From Alphaproteobacteria bacterium (GTDB lineage Bacteria > Pseudomonadota > Alphaproteobacteria > UBA9219), in contig JABDFY010000003.1 of NCBI GenBank assembly GCA_013286365.1, positions 15,109 to 79,108 on the forward strand: DNA of 64,000 nucleotides, written 5' to 3'. Positions 1 through 10,053 of the stretch are shown one piece after another; positions within the stretch are counted from its first letter, which is position 1, and each line of letters begins with the position of its first letter. A program made the position numbers and the translations under genes. The notes under the pieces are model-generated. The model searched no databases. It had not been told where the DNA came from and was given only the letters and a program-made list of their open reading frames with translations.

Positions 1-240
1 CATCGCAAGCGCCGGATCTGCCATCATTGGCGCCGATGCCGCGGGGCTTTGCATATTGGCCAGTGAACCACTGTTGGCGTTGTCGTCAGATGTGCCGCCT
101 ATGGTCATATCAGAGCTAGAGTCTGTTGCCGAATTTACATTCGAATTCGTACTTGCATAAGCAGGAGCCGCAAGCATGGCTAGAGCTATGATGCCAACAG
201 AAATTACTTTTCGCATCATCGCAAATTCGGTTGTTTGCAT
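1..240 (-). CDS. Partial ORF (first 80 codons, continues off the left edge) for a probable secreted low-complexity protein
   Basis: Absent from the ORF track because it is truncated. The reverse strand from ATG at 240-238 reads MQTTEFAMMRKVISVGIIALAMLAAPAYASTNSNVNSATDSSSD... and stays open to position 1. The hydrophobic core followed by AYA looks like a Sec signal peptide. Confidence 0.4.
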   Translation of the reverse strand, partial: MQTTEFAMMRKVISVGIIALAMLAAPAYASTNSNVNSATDSSSDMTIGGTSDDNANSGSLANMQSPAASAPMMADPALAM

Positions 241-453
241 TGTTTGATACCTTTCGTTGTCAGGATGTGATGCGATCCGCGCACGCCACCCTCAGGTCGT
301 CCATGTTTAGAGGATATTGGTAGAAATTCCAAGCCGTTAGATGATGAGTCGCCGAAGTCTAGCGAGGACAGAACTCGATAACAAGCAGGATTCGAAGGGT
401 TTTTGTTGCCTTTGCGTCACAGGTTAACGGGGAATTTAAAGACCTGGTTCTGA

Positions 454-2367
454 TTACCTTCGCTGTGGTGCCGATGAACGCTTTTTGCCTCGGAAACGAT
501 TCTTTTTGAATTTGTCGCTGCTCGCCTTGGGGCTTGATGGTTTTTTGCCGTCATAATCCGACTCGACGATCCGAAACGCCATGCTGCCGGTAATTTTGTC
601 GGCTTGATCCAACTGAACGACAATGGGCTGCGCAAGTTGAAAAACGCGCCCTGTGCGTTTGCCAACAAAGGCCTGTCTCTTCTCATCATGATGATAGTAA
701 TCGTTCGGCAGCGCGTTAAATGGAATGATGCCATCAGCCCCGGTATCGTCGAGCCGAGCGAAGAGGCCAAACCGTGCAACGCCACTGATGCGAGCTTTAA
801 ACGTGGCGCCAACTTTATCCGCCAGATAAAGTGTTGTGAAGCGATCGACGGCGTCGCGTTCAGCTGCGGCAGCGCGACGTTCGGTAATTGAAATATGTTC
901 CCCGATTTTTTCCAGTCTTGAAATTTCATCGTCAGTTAAACCGTCACTGCCAAGCTTTCCGGCACGAATAAGGCCACGGTGAACGACAAGATCGGCATAG
1001 CGACGTATGGGCGAGGTAAAATGAGCATATTTAGCGAGCGCCAACCCAAAATGACCTATATTTTCTGGGCTATAAAGGGCTTGGGCTTGCGAGCGCAGCA
1101 TCATTTCATTAACCACCTGGCTGTGCGGTCCTTCTGCAGCATTTTCTAATATTTGAGTAAAGAAGCGCGGATGGATCTGCTTGGCGGGGACGAGGCTGAT
1201 GCCGAGACTGTCGAGAAAATCGCGAAGAGCCGTGAGTTTGGCTTCGGACGGTTTATCGTGAACACGATAAAGACAAACTCCACCTTTTTGTTCAAGTTGA
1301 GCGGCGGCGGCTACATTGGCGCAGATCATAAATTCTTCAATTAGTTTATGGCTATCAAATCGTTCACGCACGCGGATCGCTTGGACATTGCCTTGTTTGT
1401 CGATCTCAACTTTGCGTTCGGGCAGGTTAAGTTCAAGCGTACCACGCTTAACTCTCGCCTGCATCAAACAGCGATACGCGGCATAGAGCGGTCTGATGAC
1501 GGGATCGAGTAGGGGGGCTGTCGTGCTGTCGGGCTTACCATCCATCGCCATTTGCACTTGTTCATAGGTGCAGCGGGCTTGCGAACGCATAAGTCCGCGA
1601 ACAAATTGCCAGCGCACCAATTCACCGTTTTTATCAAGCCATAAGTGGACTGCCATACAAGCGCGATCGACATGTGGTTTGAGCGAGCACAGTTCGTTAC
1701 TTAGGGCCTCAGGCAACATGGGCACGACGCGATCGGGAAAATAAACTGAATTTCCACGTTCGTAAGCGGTGCTATCGAGGGCGCTGCCTGGCTTCACATA
1801 ATGAGCAACGTCTGCAATAGCGACGATAAGATGCCAACCCTCATCATGAGGTTCGGCAAAGACGGCGTCATCAAAGTCACGGGCATCGGCGCCATCGATT
1901 GTAATCAAGGGAATATCGCGCAAATCAGTGCGGTTGTGCAAAGCCACGGGTTTGGCGGCTTCGGCTTCCGCCAATTCTTCCATACCGAACTGGTCTGGAA
2001 TTTGGTGGGTATGGATGGCAATCAAACTGACGGCGCGGGGATGGTCCATGGCGCCTATAATTTCGATCAGCTTGGCTTCTTTGGGGCCATGACGCTGTGA
2101 GCGAATGATTTCGGCGACAGCTAACTCGCCAGCTTTCAGTTCAAAATTAGTTTTAGCATGAATTATAAATTCGCCGCGTTCCCGCCGGTTAGCCGATTGT
2201 AAGCGCCAGCCGTTGGTAGCTTTGACGAGGACGCCGACTATACGTTGCGGTGCCTCGCTGTCGTGGATCGGTTTATGTTTAGGTATTTGATGCTGGGGTT
2301 TCGGATGTGAGCGGCGCGACGCACCTTTGCCGCGTTCGGCGTTGTGTCGCGAGGTGTGCCGTTTCAA
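454..2367 (-). CDS. rnr: Ribonuclease R (RNB-family 3'-5' exoribonuclease)
   Basis: 637 aa. RNB catalytic motif HFGLALAKYAHFTSPIRRYADLVVHR, a C-terminal S1-like region and a lysine/arginine-rich tail. Its start overlaps the topA stop. Confidence 0.92.
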   Translation of the reverse strand: MKRHTSRHNAERGKGASRRSHPKPQHQIPKHKPIHDSEAPQRIVGVLVKATNGWRLQSANRRERGEFIIHAKTNFELKAGELAVAEIIRSQRHGPKEAKLIEIIGAMDHPRAVSLIAIHTHQIPDQFGMEELAEAEAAKPVALHNRTDLRDIPLITIDGADARDFDDAVFAEPHDEGWHLIVAIADVAHYVKPGSALDSTAYERGNSVYFPDRVVPMLPEALSNELCSLKPHVDRACMAVHLWLDKNGELVRWQFVRGLMRSQARCTYEQVQMAMDGKPDSTTAPLLDPVIRPLYAAYRCLMQARVKRGTLELNLPERKVEIDKQGNVQAIRVRERFDSHKLIEEFMICANVAAAAQLEQKGGVCLYRVHDKPSEAKLTALRDFLDSLGISLVPAKQIHPRFFTQILENAAEGPHSQVVNEMMLRSQAQALYSPENIGHFGLALAKYAHFTSPIRRYADLVVHRGLIRAGKLGSDGLTDDEISRLEKIGEHISITERRAAAAERDAVDRFTTLYLADKVGATFKARISGVARFGLFARLDDTGADGIIPFNALPNDYYHHDEKRQAFVGKRTGRVFQLAQPIVVQLDQADKITGSMAFRIVESDYDGKKPSSPKASSDKFKKNRFRGKKRSSAPQRR

Positions 2368-5081
2368 TTTTTACTGCCTTTTCTCTTTTTTATTTTCGTT
2401 TCCTTTACAATCTTGTCAGCATTTGCCGCTTTAATTGGCTTTACGGCCCTAGCTGGCTTTGCAGCCTTACCCGCTTTTTGTGGCGGCCCTTTGGCAAGTT
2501 TAGTCTCGATTATCTCCAGCGCCTGCGGCATCGTCAGCGCTTCGGGGTCGTAAGATTTAGTTACAGTTGCCATGACTTTGCCCCACTTAACATATGGACC
2601 AAAACGACCCTTGTTCAGCGTCACAGGTTTGCCATCGGAGGGATGTTCTCCAAGTAGCTTGCCAGGCTGCATGCCACGACCGCCTTTACTGGGTTCAGCA
2701 ATCAGAACGACGGCACGATTAAGACCTATATTGAGAACATCGTCATCGGGTGGGATCGTTTTATATTGGGGACCCATCTTGAGATAAGGTCCAAAGCGAC
2801 CGATACCGGCTGTAATCATTTCGCCAGAGTCCGGGTGCTTACCTATTTCGCGTGGCAGGCCGAGCAATTTTAAAGCTGTTGTCAGATCAATGATATTGGG
2901 ATCGAGCCCTTTAGGCAGCGATACGCGTTTAGGTTTCGGAGCGTCATCCTTTTTCTTTTTGCGTTTTTTAGGTTTACCTTCTTCAGCGGCAACCGGTTCT
3001 GGGGTCACGGGCTGGGCTATGGGCGCTGGGCCTAATTGGACATAGGCTCCATAGGGTCCGATACGTGCCGATACCGGGAGTTGTGTGGCAGGATCGAGAC
3101 CAAGCTCGCGCGGTCCTTGCATTTGAGCATTATCGTTATTGCCATCTGCCACTGCCAGTGGCCGCGTATTGCGGCAGGTCGGATAGTTTGAGCAACCCAG
3201 AAAAGCGCCATAGCGGCCCAGCTTTAATCCCATACGTCCTGTTTTGCAGACAGAACAAAGCCGGGGGTCCGTGCCATCCTCGCGGGGCGGGAAAAAATGC
3301 GGACCCAAAGCTTCATCGAGCGCGTTGATGACGTCCGTAATCTTGAGGTCTTTGGTGTCGCCTATGGCAACCGAAAAGTCAGTCCAGAATTCGCGTAACA
3401 CCTGTTTCCAGTCTATACGTCCGCCCGAAATATCATCGAGTTTTTCTTCGAGATCGGCCGTAAAATCGTATTCGACATAATGACCGAAGAAGTTTTCAAG
3501 GAAAGTCGTAACGATGCGGCCGCGGTCTTCGGGAATGAAGCGCTTCTTGTCGAGCCGCACATAGTCACGGTCTTGGAGAACTTGCATGATACTGGCGTAA
3601 GTCGAGGGCCGCCCAATACCGAGTTCTTCAAGTTTTTTTACAAGACTTGCCTCGCTATATCGTGGTGGAGGCTGTGTAAAATGCTGTTCCGGCTTTACGT
3701 CGCGTTTGTCGACGGCTTCTTGCTCTTTGACGGCGGGCAAACGAACATTGCGCGGATGTTCGTCGTCAGGCTTTTTATCTTCATCATCGCTCTCTTCATA
3801 AACTTTTAGCCAGCCATCGAAGACCACGACAGATCCGTTAGCGCGAAAAATAGCTTTATCTTGGCTGCCAGCAATATCAACAGCAACCTGATCGAGCACG
3901 GCGCTGGACATTTGTGAGGCCATCGTGCGTTGCCAAATAAGCGTATATAATTTAAGACCAGCGGCATCGAGGTATTTAGCAACGTCTTCTGGGTGACGTT
4001 TCAAATCGGTGGGGCGTATCGCTTCATGAGCCTCTTGGGCGTTTTTGGCCGTGGTTTTATAGAGGCGTGGCTCGGGAGGCAGATATTCTTTGCCATAATC
4101 CTTCATAATAACATCGCGTGCGCTATTGATGGCTTCCGTCGACAAAGAGACACCGTCGGTACGCATATAGGTAATGAGGCCTACGGTATCGCCACCGATA
4201 TCGACGCCTTCATAAAGTTGTTGGGCGGTGCGCATTGTGTTAGAGGCACTAAAACCCAATTTGCGCGAAGCTTCTTGTTGTAATGTTGATGTTGTGAAAG
4301 GAGGGTAGGGATTACGGCGTGCCTGCTTCTTCTCAATTGCCGCTACTTTATAACTAAGCTGATTAAGTATGGCGAGCGCGGCTTGGGCTTCAGCCTCGGT
4401 TTGTATGCCAAATTTATCAAGTTTTTTGCCATTTATATGTGTCAGGCGTGCAGGAATTTGCCCACCGCTCGTTGTCATGAAAATTGCTTCGATGGTCCAG
4501 AATTCTTGGGCCTTAAATTTTTCGATTTCAGACTCGCGATCGCAGATTAAGCGTAAGGCAACAGACTGCACCCGACCTGCTGACTTTGATCCAGGCAATT
4601 TACGCCACAAGACAGGCGACAACGAAAAACCGACAAGGTAGTCAAGAGCCCGCCGGGCCATATAAGAATCGACCAAATTCTTATCGATCTCGCGTGGGTG
4701 GGCGATAGCATCAAGTACAGTCTGTTTAGTAATCTCGTTAAATGTGACCCGATAAACGGGCGTCGACTTGACTAAGCCTTTTTCACGAAGAACTTCGAGT
4801 ACATGCCAGGCAATTGCTTCACCCTCGCGGTCAGGATCGGATGCGAGGTAAACGGCTTTCGCACCTTTGACGGCCTTAACGATTTCGCTCACCGGTTTCT
4901 CGGCGCGTTCGCCTAATTGCCAATCCATGGCAAAATCTTCGTCCGGCCGCACGGATCCATCTTTGGGCGGCAAATCACGAATATGCCCATATGAAGCGAG
5001 CACGGTAAAATCACTGCCGAGATACTTATTAATAGTCTTCGCCTTGGCCGGCGATTCGACGACGACAATTTTTTGCGCCAC
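2364..5081 (-). CDS. topA: DNA topoisomerase I
   Basis: 905 aa. TOPRIM N-terminus MAQKIVVVESPAKAKTINKYLG...YGHIRDLP, Cys-containing zinc-ribbon-like segments (CSVCKTGRM...CSNYPTC) and a lysine-rich tail. Confidence 0.95.
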   Translation of the reverse strand: MAQKIVVVESPAKAKTINKYLGSDFTVLASYGHIRDLPPKDGSVRPDEDFAMDWQLGERAEKPVSEIVKAVKGAKAVYLASDPDREGEAIAWHVLEVLREKGLVKSTPVYRVTFNEITKQTVLDAIAHPREIDKNLVDSYMARRALDYLVGFSLSPVLWRKLPGSKSAGRVQSVALRLICDRESEIEKFKAQEFWTIEAIFMTTSGGQIPARLTHINGKKLDKFGIQTEAEAQAALAILNQLSYKVAAIEKKQARRNPYPPFTTSTLQQEASRKLGFSASNTMRTAQQLYEGVDIGGDTVGLITYMRTDGVSLSTEAINSARDVIMKDYGKEYLPPEPRLYKTTAKNAQEAHEAIRPTDLKRHPEDVAKYLDAAGLKLYTLIWQRTMASQMSSAVLDQVAVDIAGSQDKAIFRANGSVVVFDGWLKVYEESDDEDKKPDDEHPRNVRLPAVKEQEAVDKRDVKPEQHFTQPPPRYSEASLVKKLEELGIGRPSTYASIMQVLQDRDYVRLDKKRFIPEDRGRIVTTFLENFFGHYVEYDFTADLEEKLDDISGGRIDWKQVLREFWTDFSVAIGDTKDLKITDVINALDEALGPHFFPPREDGTDPRLCSVCKTGRMGLKLGRYGAFLGCSNYPTCRNTRPLAVADGNNDNAQMQGPRELGLDPATQLPVSARIGPYGAYVQLGPAPIAQPVTPEPVAAEEGKPKKRKKKKDDAPKPKRVSLPKGLDPNIIDLTTALKLLGLPREIGKHPDSGEMITAGIGRFGPYLKMGPQYKTIPPDDDVLNIGLNRAVVLIAEPSKGGRGMQPGKLLGEHPSDGKPVTLNKGRFGPYVKWGKVMATVTKSYDPEALTMPQALEIIETKLAKGPPQKAGKAAKPARAVKPIKAANADKIVKETKIKKRKGSKN

Positions 5082-5428
5082 AATTAACCTGTTATGTCAT
5101 GAGTACAACCCGAAGGTCGGGCCGGCGCTCGATCTATCCTGCAACCCTAAGTTACGGCAAGATGGTCAACACCAAGGGCGCCGACAATTGACATTGCCCG
5201 ATGCATTCGTCAACCAAAACGGGCAAAGGGCTTGGATTTTCTAGGATTTTTCCCTTAATAGGTCCCGCCTGGACAGGTACTTGCACCTCTTTGGGGGCTC
5301 AGGCAAGCCCCCTAGGCTTGGGTCGGCAAACTCTCAAGAACCTGATAGCCCCTGGTTAGACTCCCACACGCGATGCATTTTTGCGGAAGTATAATAGCTT
5401 TATTTAAGTGGTCAGCGGCAACCCGCCA

Positions 5429-6040
5429 TTATAAGACAGATGGTTCGGTAAGATTTTTCTTCTTCCCAATTTTGGTTTCTGTGTGATTGCGCAGGCGTTG
5501 AATATTGGTTCTATGGGTAAAGAAAATAAGCACGGAAATCGTGGCTGTTAGCCAGGCTATATCGGCATGTCCGAACAAATATGCGTAAGGCGTGCTAAGG
5601 CCTAGGCTGACTAAGGCGGCCAAAGATGAATAGCGAAATAGAAAGGCCATTAAGAGCCAAGTCAACATGACGGCGAGACCTGATGGCCAAGCAAGAGCCG
5701 TCAAAACACCAATCGCTGTTGCAACTCCTTTGCCGCCTTTAAATTTTAGCCAGACGGGAAAAATGTGGCCGAGCAAAGCGGCAAGTCCGGCGCAGGCGCC
5801 GAGGCCCGGATACAGCTTCTCGGCGATCAGAACGGCTGCAGCGCCTTTTCCGCCATCCAACAATAAAGTAAGGGCCGCCAAACCTTTTCGTCCTGTGCGT
5901 AGAACATTCGTGGCACCAATGTTGCCGGATCCGATTTGGCGAATGTCACCAAGCCCGCACAAACGCGTCACAACAATTCCAAAAGGAATGCTGCCGAGCA
6001 GGTAGCTTGAGATCAGTATTATAAGTAATGGAAAATCCAC
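5429..6040 (-). CDS. plsY: Glycerol-3-phosphate acyltransferase PlsY
   Basis: 203 aa polytopic membrane protein with the PlsY signature GSIPFG...GSGNIGATNVLRTGRK...DGGKG. Confidence 0.9.
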   Translation of the reverse strand: MDFPLLIILISSYLLGSIPFGIVVTRLCGLGDIRQIGSGNIGATNVLRTGRKGLAALTLLLDGGKGAAAVLIAEKLYPGLGACAGLAALLGHIFPVWLKFKGGKGVATAIGVLTALAWPSGLAVMLTWLLMAFLFRYSSLAALVSLGLSTPYAYLFGHADIAWLTATISVLIFFTHRTNIQRLRNHTETKIGKKKNLTEPSVL

Positions 6041-6081
6041 TGATCGATCTCCAATTTATTCCGTCATGAGGAGTTGAGGCG

Positions 6082-7017
6082 CTAGTTCTTCTTTTCGCTC
6101 AGCAGTAGGTCCAAACAGGCCATTCTGACGGCTACGCCAAGCTCAATTTGTTCGCGTACTACGCTGAATTTTGGGTCGTCGGCAAGCTCGCTAGAAATCT
6201 GAACGTCGCGATTTATCGGTCCTGGGTCCATGACGATCACGTTAGGCTTGGCAACGGCTAGTTTTTTGTGATCGAGGCCGTAATGCTGATAATATTCTTT
6301 AAAAGAGACAGCAAATTCGCCCTCGTTCATGCGTTCCAGTTGAATGCGCAGTGTCATGACGACATCGACATCGCGTAATCCTTCTTTCATATTGTCAAAA
6401 GCCTCGACGCCAAGTTTATCCAAATCTTTTGGCATAAAGTATGGCGGTGAGATGATGCGTACTTTGGCGCCAAATTTATTGAGCAAATGGATATTTGAGT
6501 GGGCTACCCGGCTGTGTTGAACGTCGCCGCAAATTGCGATTTTAAGATTTTTGAGTGTCTTTTTGTGGCGCAAGATAGTGAAAGCATCAAGTAAGGCCTG
6601 CGTAGGGTGCTCATGCGTTCCATCTCCGGCATTGATAATAGCGGCATCGACTTGCGGTGCTAAGAATTGCGGTACGCCGGATTCGCTGTGACGGATAACA
6701 ATGGCATCGACTTGCATCGCATTGAATGCCATGACCATATCAAGCAATGTTTCGCCTTTTTTATTTGAACTTTGATCGACAGCCACATTAACAACGTCGG
6801 CGCTAAGGCGCTTCGCAGCAATTTCAAAAGAGGTGCGGGTGCGCGTGGAGGGTTCGAAAAAGAGGTTAACCAGCGTTTTGCCATGAAGCTTATTGATAGT
6901 TTTGTTTTTGTTACGGTTCTGTTTGGCATATTTCTTGGCCAGATTAAGAACAGCGCTGATCTCGGCTATCGTAAGCCGTTCGGTATCGAGCAGATGCTTA
7001 GGAAATTTTCTAGCCAT
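6082..7017 (-). CDS. pyrB: Aspartate carbamoyltransferase catalytic subunit
   Basis: STRTRTSFE and HEHPTQALLD motifs. I place the start at the internal ATG 7017-7015 (MARKFPKHLL...). The 59-aa upstream extension in the track ORF (to 7194) is hydrophobic junk and would overlap the divergent neighbour. Confidence 0.9.
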   Translation of the reverse strand: MARKFPKHLLDTERLTIAEISAVLNLAKKYAKQNRNKNKTINKLHGKTLVNLFFEPSTRTRTSFEIAAKRLSADVVNVAVDQSSNKKGETLLDMVMAFNAMQVDAIVIRHSESGVPQFLAPQVDAAIINAGDGTHEHPTQALLDAFTILRHKKTLKNLKIAICGDVQHSRVAHSNIHLLNKFGAKVRIISPPYFMPKDLDKLGVEAFDNMKEGLRDVDVVMTLRIQLERMNEGEFAVSFKEYYQHYGLDHKKLAVAKPNVIVMDPGPINRDVQISSELADDPKFSVVREQIELGVAVRMACLDLLLSEKKN

Positions 7018-7089
7018 TGGCGTTGGACTATAATGATGATAAGCGGAAGTGACAACAAGCGTTAGATATATATATTGTTTGAGCCACTC

Positions 7090-8073
7090 ATGGATAAACC
7101 TAAACTTCAAGCACAGAGTGTATCTGAAGATGAAGCCGATATTCGGCTTGATCGTTGGTTTAAGCGGCATTTTCCGGTCGTTACGCATGGACAATTACAG
7201 AAATTGTTGCGCACCGGTCAAATTCGGGTTGATGGCAAGCGGGTAGAGGCGGCAACCCGGTTAAAGGCCGGACAAAGTATCCGCGTTCCGCCCCAGGCTA
7301 GTCAGCCACCACCTGCCGAGCACGTGCAAAGGCGTTCGGCTGAATTGGCGAATAAATTGAAATCACTCATTCTTTTTGAAGACGATGACGTCATCGTGCT
7401 TAATAAGCCTGCTGGCTTGGCTGTTCAAGGTGGAACGGGCTTGAAAGAGAACCTTGATGATATGTTGATGGACCTAAGCCGTGATGGTCACAATAAACCA
7501 AAACTTGTTCATCGCTTGGATCGGGACACCAGCGGCGTTTTGCTTCTTGCTAGGACGACTTTTGCCGCTGCAAAGCTAACTGAAGCCTTTCGTGACCGCG
7601 TAACTAAAAAAATCTACTGGGCAATATCTCTGGGCGTCCCCTCAATGATGCGCGGAAAGATATCGGCGCCGCTTATAAAAGATGGCGAAATTATGCGTGT
7701 TGTGGAACGTGATGAAGGTAAATTGGAGGAAATGAAATCGGCTATAACACTATATCAAGTGATGGAAAGTGCCAAAAAGCATGCCGCATTTTTAGCTTTG
7801 TGGCCGATCACGGGACGCACCCATCAGTTGCGCGTTCATTTGGCCTATATAGGTAATCCAATTTTAGGAGATCCAATTTATGCTCGTGAGGCAACTTCAT
7901 CGCTACCATTAAAAGAGCTGGGTAAAGGCTTGCATTTACATGCGAGGCAGCTGATTATTCCCCACCCAAGGCGTGGGAGGATCGATGTCCTCGCGCCGTT
8001 GGGTCGCGAGATGCAGAAAACATGGCAATGGTTTGGGTTTGATACGAAAGCTGTTGCTGATTTTACCGAATGA
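7090..8073 (+). CDS. RluA/RluC-family 23S rRNA pseudouridine synthase with N-terminal S4 domain
   Basis: S4-like IRLDRWFKRHFP...GQIRVDGKRV and the catalytic motif HRLDRDTSGVLLLA. The track ORF begins at TTG 7075; the first ATG is at 7090. Confidence 0.88.
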   Translation: MDKPKLQAQSVSEDEADIRLDRWFKRHFPVVTHGQLQKLLRTGQIRVDGKRVEAATRLKAGQSIRVPPQASQPPPAEHVQRRSAELANKLKSLILFEDDDVIVLNKPAGLAVQGGTGLKENLDDMLMDLSRDGHNKPKLVHRLDRDTSGVLLLARTTFAAAKLTEAFRDRVTKKIYWAISLGVPSMMRGKISAPLIKDGEIMRVVERDEGKLEEMKSAITLYQVMESAKKHAAFLALWPITGRTHQLRVHLAYIGNPILGDPIYAREATSSLPLKELGKGLHLHARQLIIPHPRRGRIDVLAPLGREMQKTWQWFGFDTKAVADFTE

Positions 8074-8089
8074 TCCCGAGGAGTAAGTC

Positions 8090-10042
8090 ATGGGTAAGGC
8101 AAAACAAATATCGTTAGTCTTTTTAGGCGTCTTGGGCCTCTTAGTGATTGCCCTGGGTGTCGTTATCGCGACGTTCGATGTCAATGCCTATCGGGCTGAT
8201 ATTGCCAATGTTTTGAGTAAGCAGTTCAATCGTACTGTACAACTTAAGGGGCCGGTTAAGTTTAGGTTTTCTTCAACCGGTGGCCTTGCTGTCATTGTTC
8301 ATGATGCGGCCATTGCCAATCCTGTATGGGCTAGCCGCGCGCAGATGGCAGGTATTGGAAAATTAGAGCTTGGGGTCGAACTTTTTCCACTTTTTCACCA
8401 TCAACTCAAGATTAGCCAAGTGACGGTGGGTAATGCCGATATTCTCTTGGAAACGAGTGGCACTAACCAGCACAACTGGGATTTGCAAATGGTTGATAAT
8501 AATCAACCGACGAACGTGACGCCGGCCAAAACGCCTGCGGTTGATTTAACTAATTCTTCTGCCAGCCCCTCGGCAGCCATAAGCGTAGATAAAATAAATA
8601 TAAGCAATAGCCAGCTAGCGCTGCGCACCGCCAGTGGCGACATAAATACATTTATCGTCAAAAGCGGTTGGTTAGAGGAGCGCAGCGATGGTCTCACACT
8701 TCATTTTGACAGCCTATATAATGGCAGTCCGCTCTTGTTGGACCTCAAAAGCAGTGCCGGTAATCTACAAAAAGATACGACATGGCCCTTTGAGGCAACG
8801 GCGTCCTATGCTGGTTACGACGTGAAAGCTAAGGGTGAAGTTAGTCAGTCCGGTAAACTTATAACTTTTCGCGATTATGCAGTGTCCTTTGGTGGTTCAA
8901 ATATCCATGGCCAGATACAAGTAGCTTTGGATGGTGTGCGACCGTCCATTAGTGGTGTCTTGCTTAGCGATAAATTGAGCCCATCCGACATCAAGCCTTT
9001 CCCTGTTGCTGGCGTAAAAGAAACAAATTCTGCATTGCCCGCAAGTGTAAGCGCAACGATTGGCGCGTCGCCGGTCGTGGCAGCGCCGACAAAACTGTTT
9101 GGGGATGAGGCGTTACCACTTGCGGCCTTAAAATCAGCTGATATTCAACTTGATATTAAAATTGATGAAATGGACTTAACGCATATTGCACTTAATCATA
9201 TTGCTGCAACCATGACATTAAGCCAGGGGCGATTAGCGTTGTCGCCACTCACGGCAAAGCTAGCCGACAGTGAAATTAATATGCAGTTTGTGTTGGATGC
9301 ATCCCTGCAACCGGCGCAAATGTCGTTGAGCTTAAAGGCGCCTACCCTAGACCTCACATCACTATTGAAAGCTGCCGGAACCAAGGAGTTCATGGCGGGT
9401 AAGGGCAATATTGATGTGAGCCTCACGGCGAACGGTAATAGCCCAGAGGCTCTTGCTAGCACAACGAACGGGGCCATTGCGCTCATTGTCGATAGCGGGT
9501 CTATATCTGTACAGGCCTTGGGCCAGGTTGGTGCTGGTTTGGCAGAGCTGATAGCACCAGGTTCAAGCACCTCGCAGATGGGATTAAATTGTCTTGTGGT
9601 TCGCTTTGATGTGAAAGACGGCATAGCCCATGATAATGGGCTACTTGGCGATACGACCGCGACGACTGTTGCTGGTACTGGTGGCTTCAATCTTGGCGCA
9701 GAGACGCTCGATATTATGCTCCATGGCAGGCCTAAAATTGCCAATGCACTCGGTATACTTCCGCCGGTTCACATAGGCGGGACGATGATTAAGCCCCATA
9801 TTACTCTTGATAAGGCGGGCACTATCCAAAGCGTTATGGGTCTTTTGTCTAATAGTAAAGCCGACACGAGCGGCGTTCCGGTCATTATGACAGAGGCTGG
9901 ACAAAACTCCTGCTTGTATACTTTAAGCCATCCATCCGCAGCCGGCGCAAAATCTCAGCCTCCTGTGCAAGACGTGTCGACAAAGACAACGAACAAGGCA
10001 CAAAAAGTCGGAAATATACTCAAGGGACTGCTTGGCCATTAA
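8090..10042 (+). CDS. AsmA-family outer-membrane biogenesis / lipid-transfer protein (paralog 1)
   Basis: 650 aa. N-terminal membrane anchor (ISLVFLGVLGLLVIALGVVIA), a long beta-rich body and a C-terminal AsmA-like region (GLNCLVVRFDVKDGIA...). GAGGAG Shine-Dalgarno upstream. Confidence 0.75.
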   Translation: MGKAKQISLVFLGVLGLLVIALGVVIATFDVNAYRADIANVLSKQFNRTVQLKGPVKFRFSSTGGLAVIVHDAAIANPVWASRAQMAGIGKLELGVELFPLFHHQLKISQVTVGNADILLETSGTNQHNWDLQMVDNNQPTNVTPAKTPAVDLTNSSASPSAAISVDKINISNSQLALRTASGDINTFIVKSGWLEERSDGLTLHFDSLYNGSPLLLDLKSSAGNLQKDTTWPFEATASYAGYDVKAKGEVSQSGKLITFRDYAVSFGGSNIHGQIQVALDGVRPSISGVLLSDKLSPSDIKPFPVAGVKETNSALPASVSATIGASPVVAAPTKLFGDEALPLAALKSADIQLDIKIDEMDLTHIALNHIAATMTLSQGRLALSPLTAKLADSEINMQFVLDASLQPAQMSLSLKAPTLDLTSLLKAAGTKEFMAGKGNIDVSLTANGNSPEALASTTNGAIALIVDSGSISVQALGQVGAGLAELIAPGSSTSQMGLNCLVVRFDVKDGIAHDNGLLGDTTATTVAGTGGFNLGAETLDIMLHGRPKIANALGILPPVHIGGTMIKPHITLDKAGTIQSVMGLLSNSKADTSGVPVIMTEAGQNSCLYTLSHPSAAGAKSQPPVQDVSTKTTNKAQKVGNILKGLLGH

Positions 10043-10053
10043 AGTATTTGCTC

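Noticed and set aside
417-929. 170-aa ORF on the minus strand, plus many other 60-190-aa track ORFs nested in or antisense to rnr, topA, ppdK, pdh genes and others
   Set aside because: They lie entirely inside much longer ORFs that carry unmistakable family motifs in another frame or strand. Their translations are low-complexity or Arg/Ser/Cys-rich, as expected for shadow frames.
5293-5312. Hairpin GGGGGCT-CAGGCA-AGCCCCC in the 347-nt topA-plsY intergenic region, possible sRNA or terminator
   Set aside because: The 7-bp stem is real, but no T-run follows on either strand and I cannot match the region to any known RNA family. The evidence is insufficient to call a feature.
7018-7194. 59-aa N-terminal extension of pyrB in the track ORF
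   Set aside because: The extension is hydrophobic and aromatic nonsense with no ATCase homology, and it overlaps the divergent pseudouridine synthase gene. The canonical PyrB N-terminus begins at ATG 7017.
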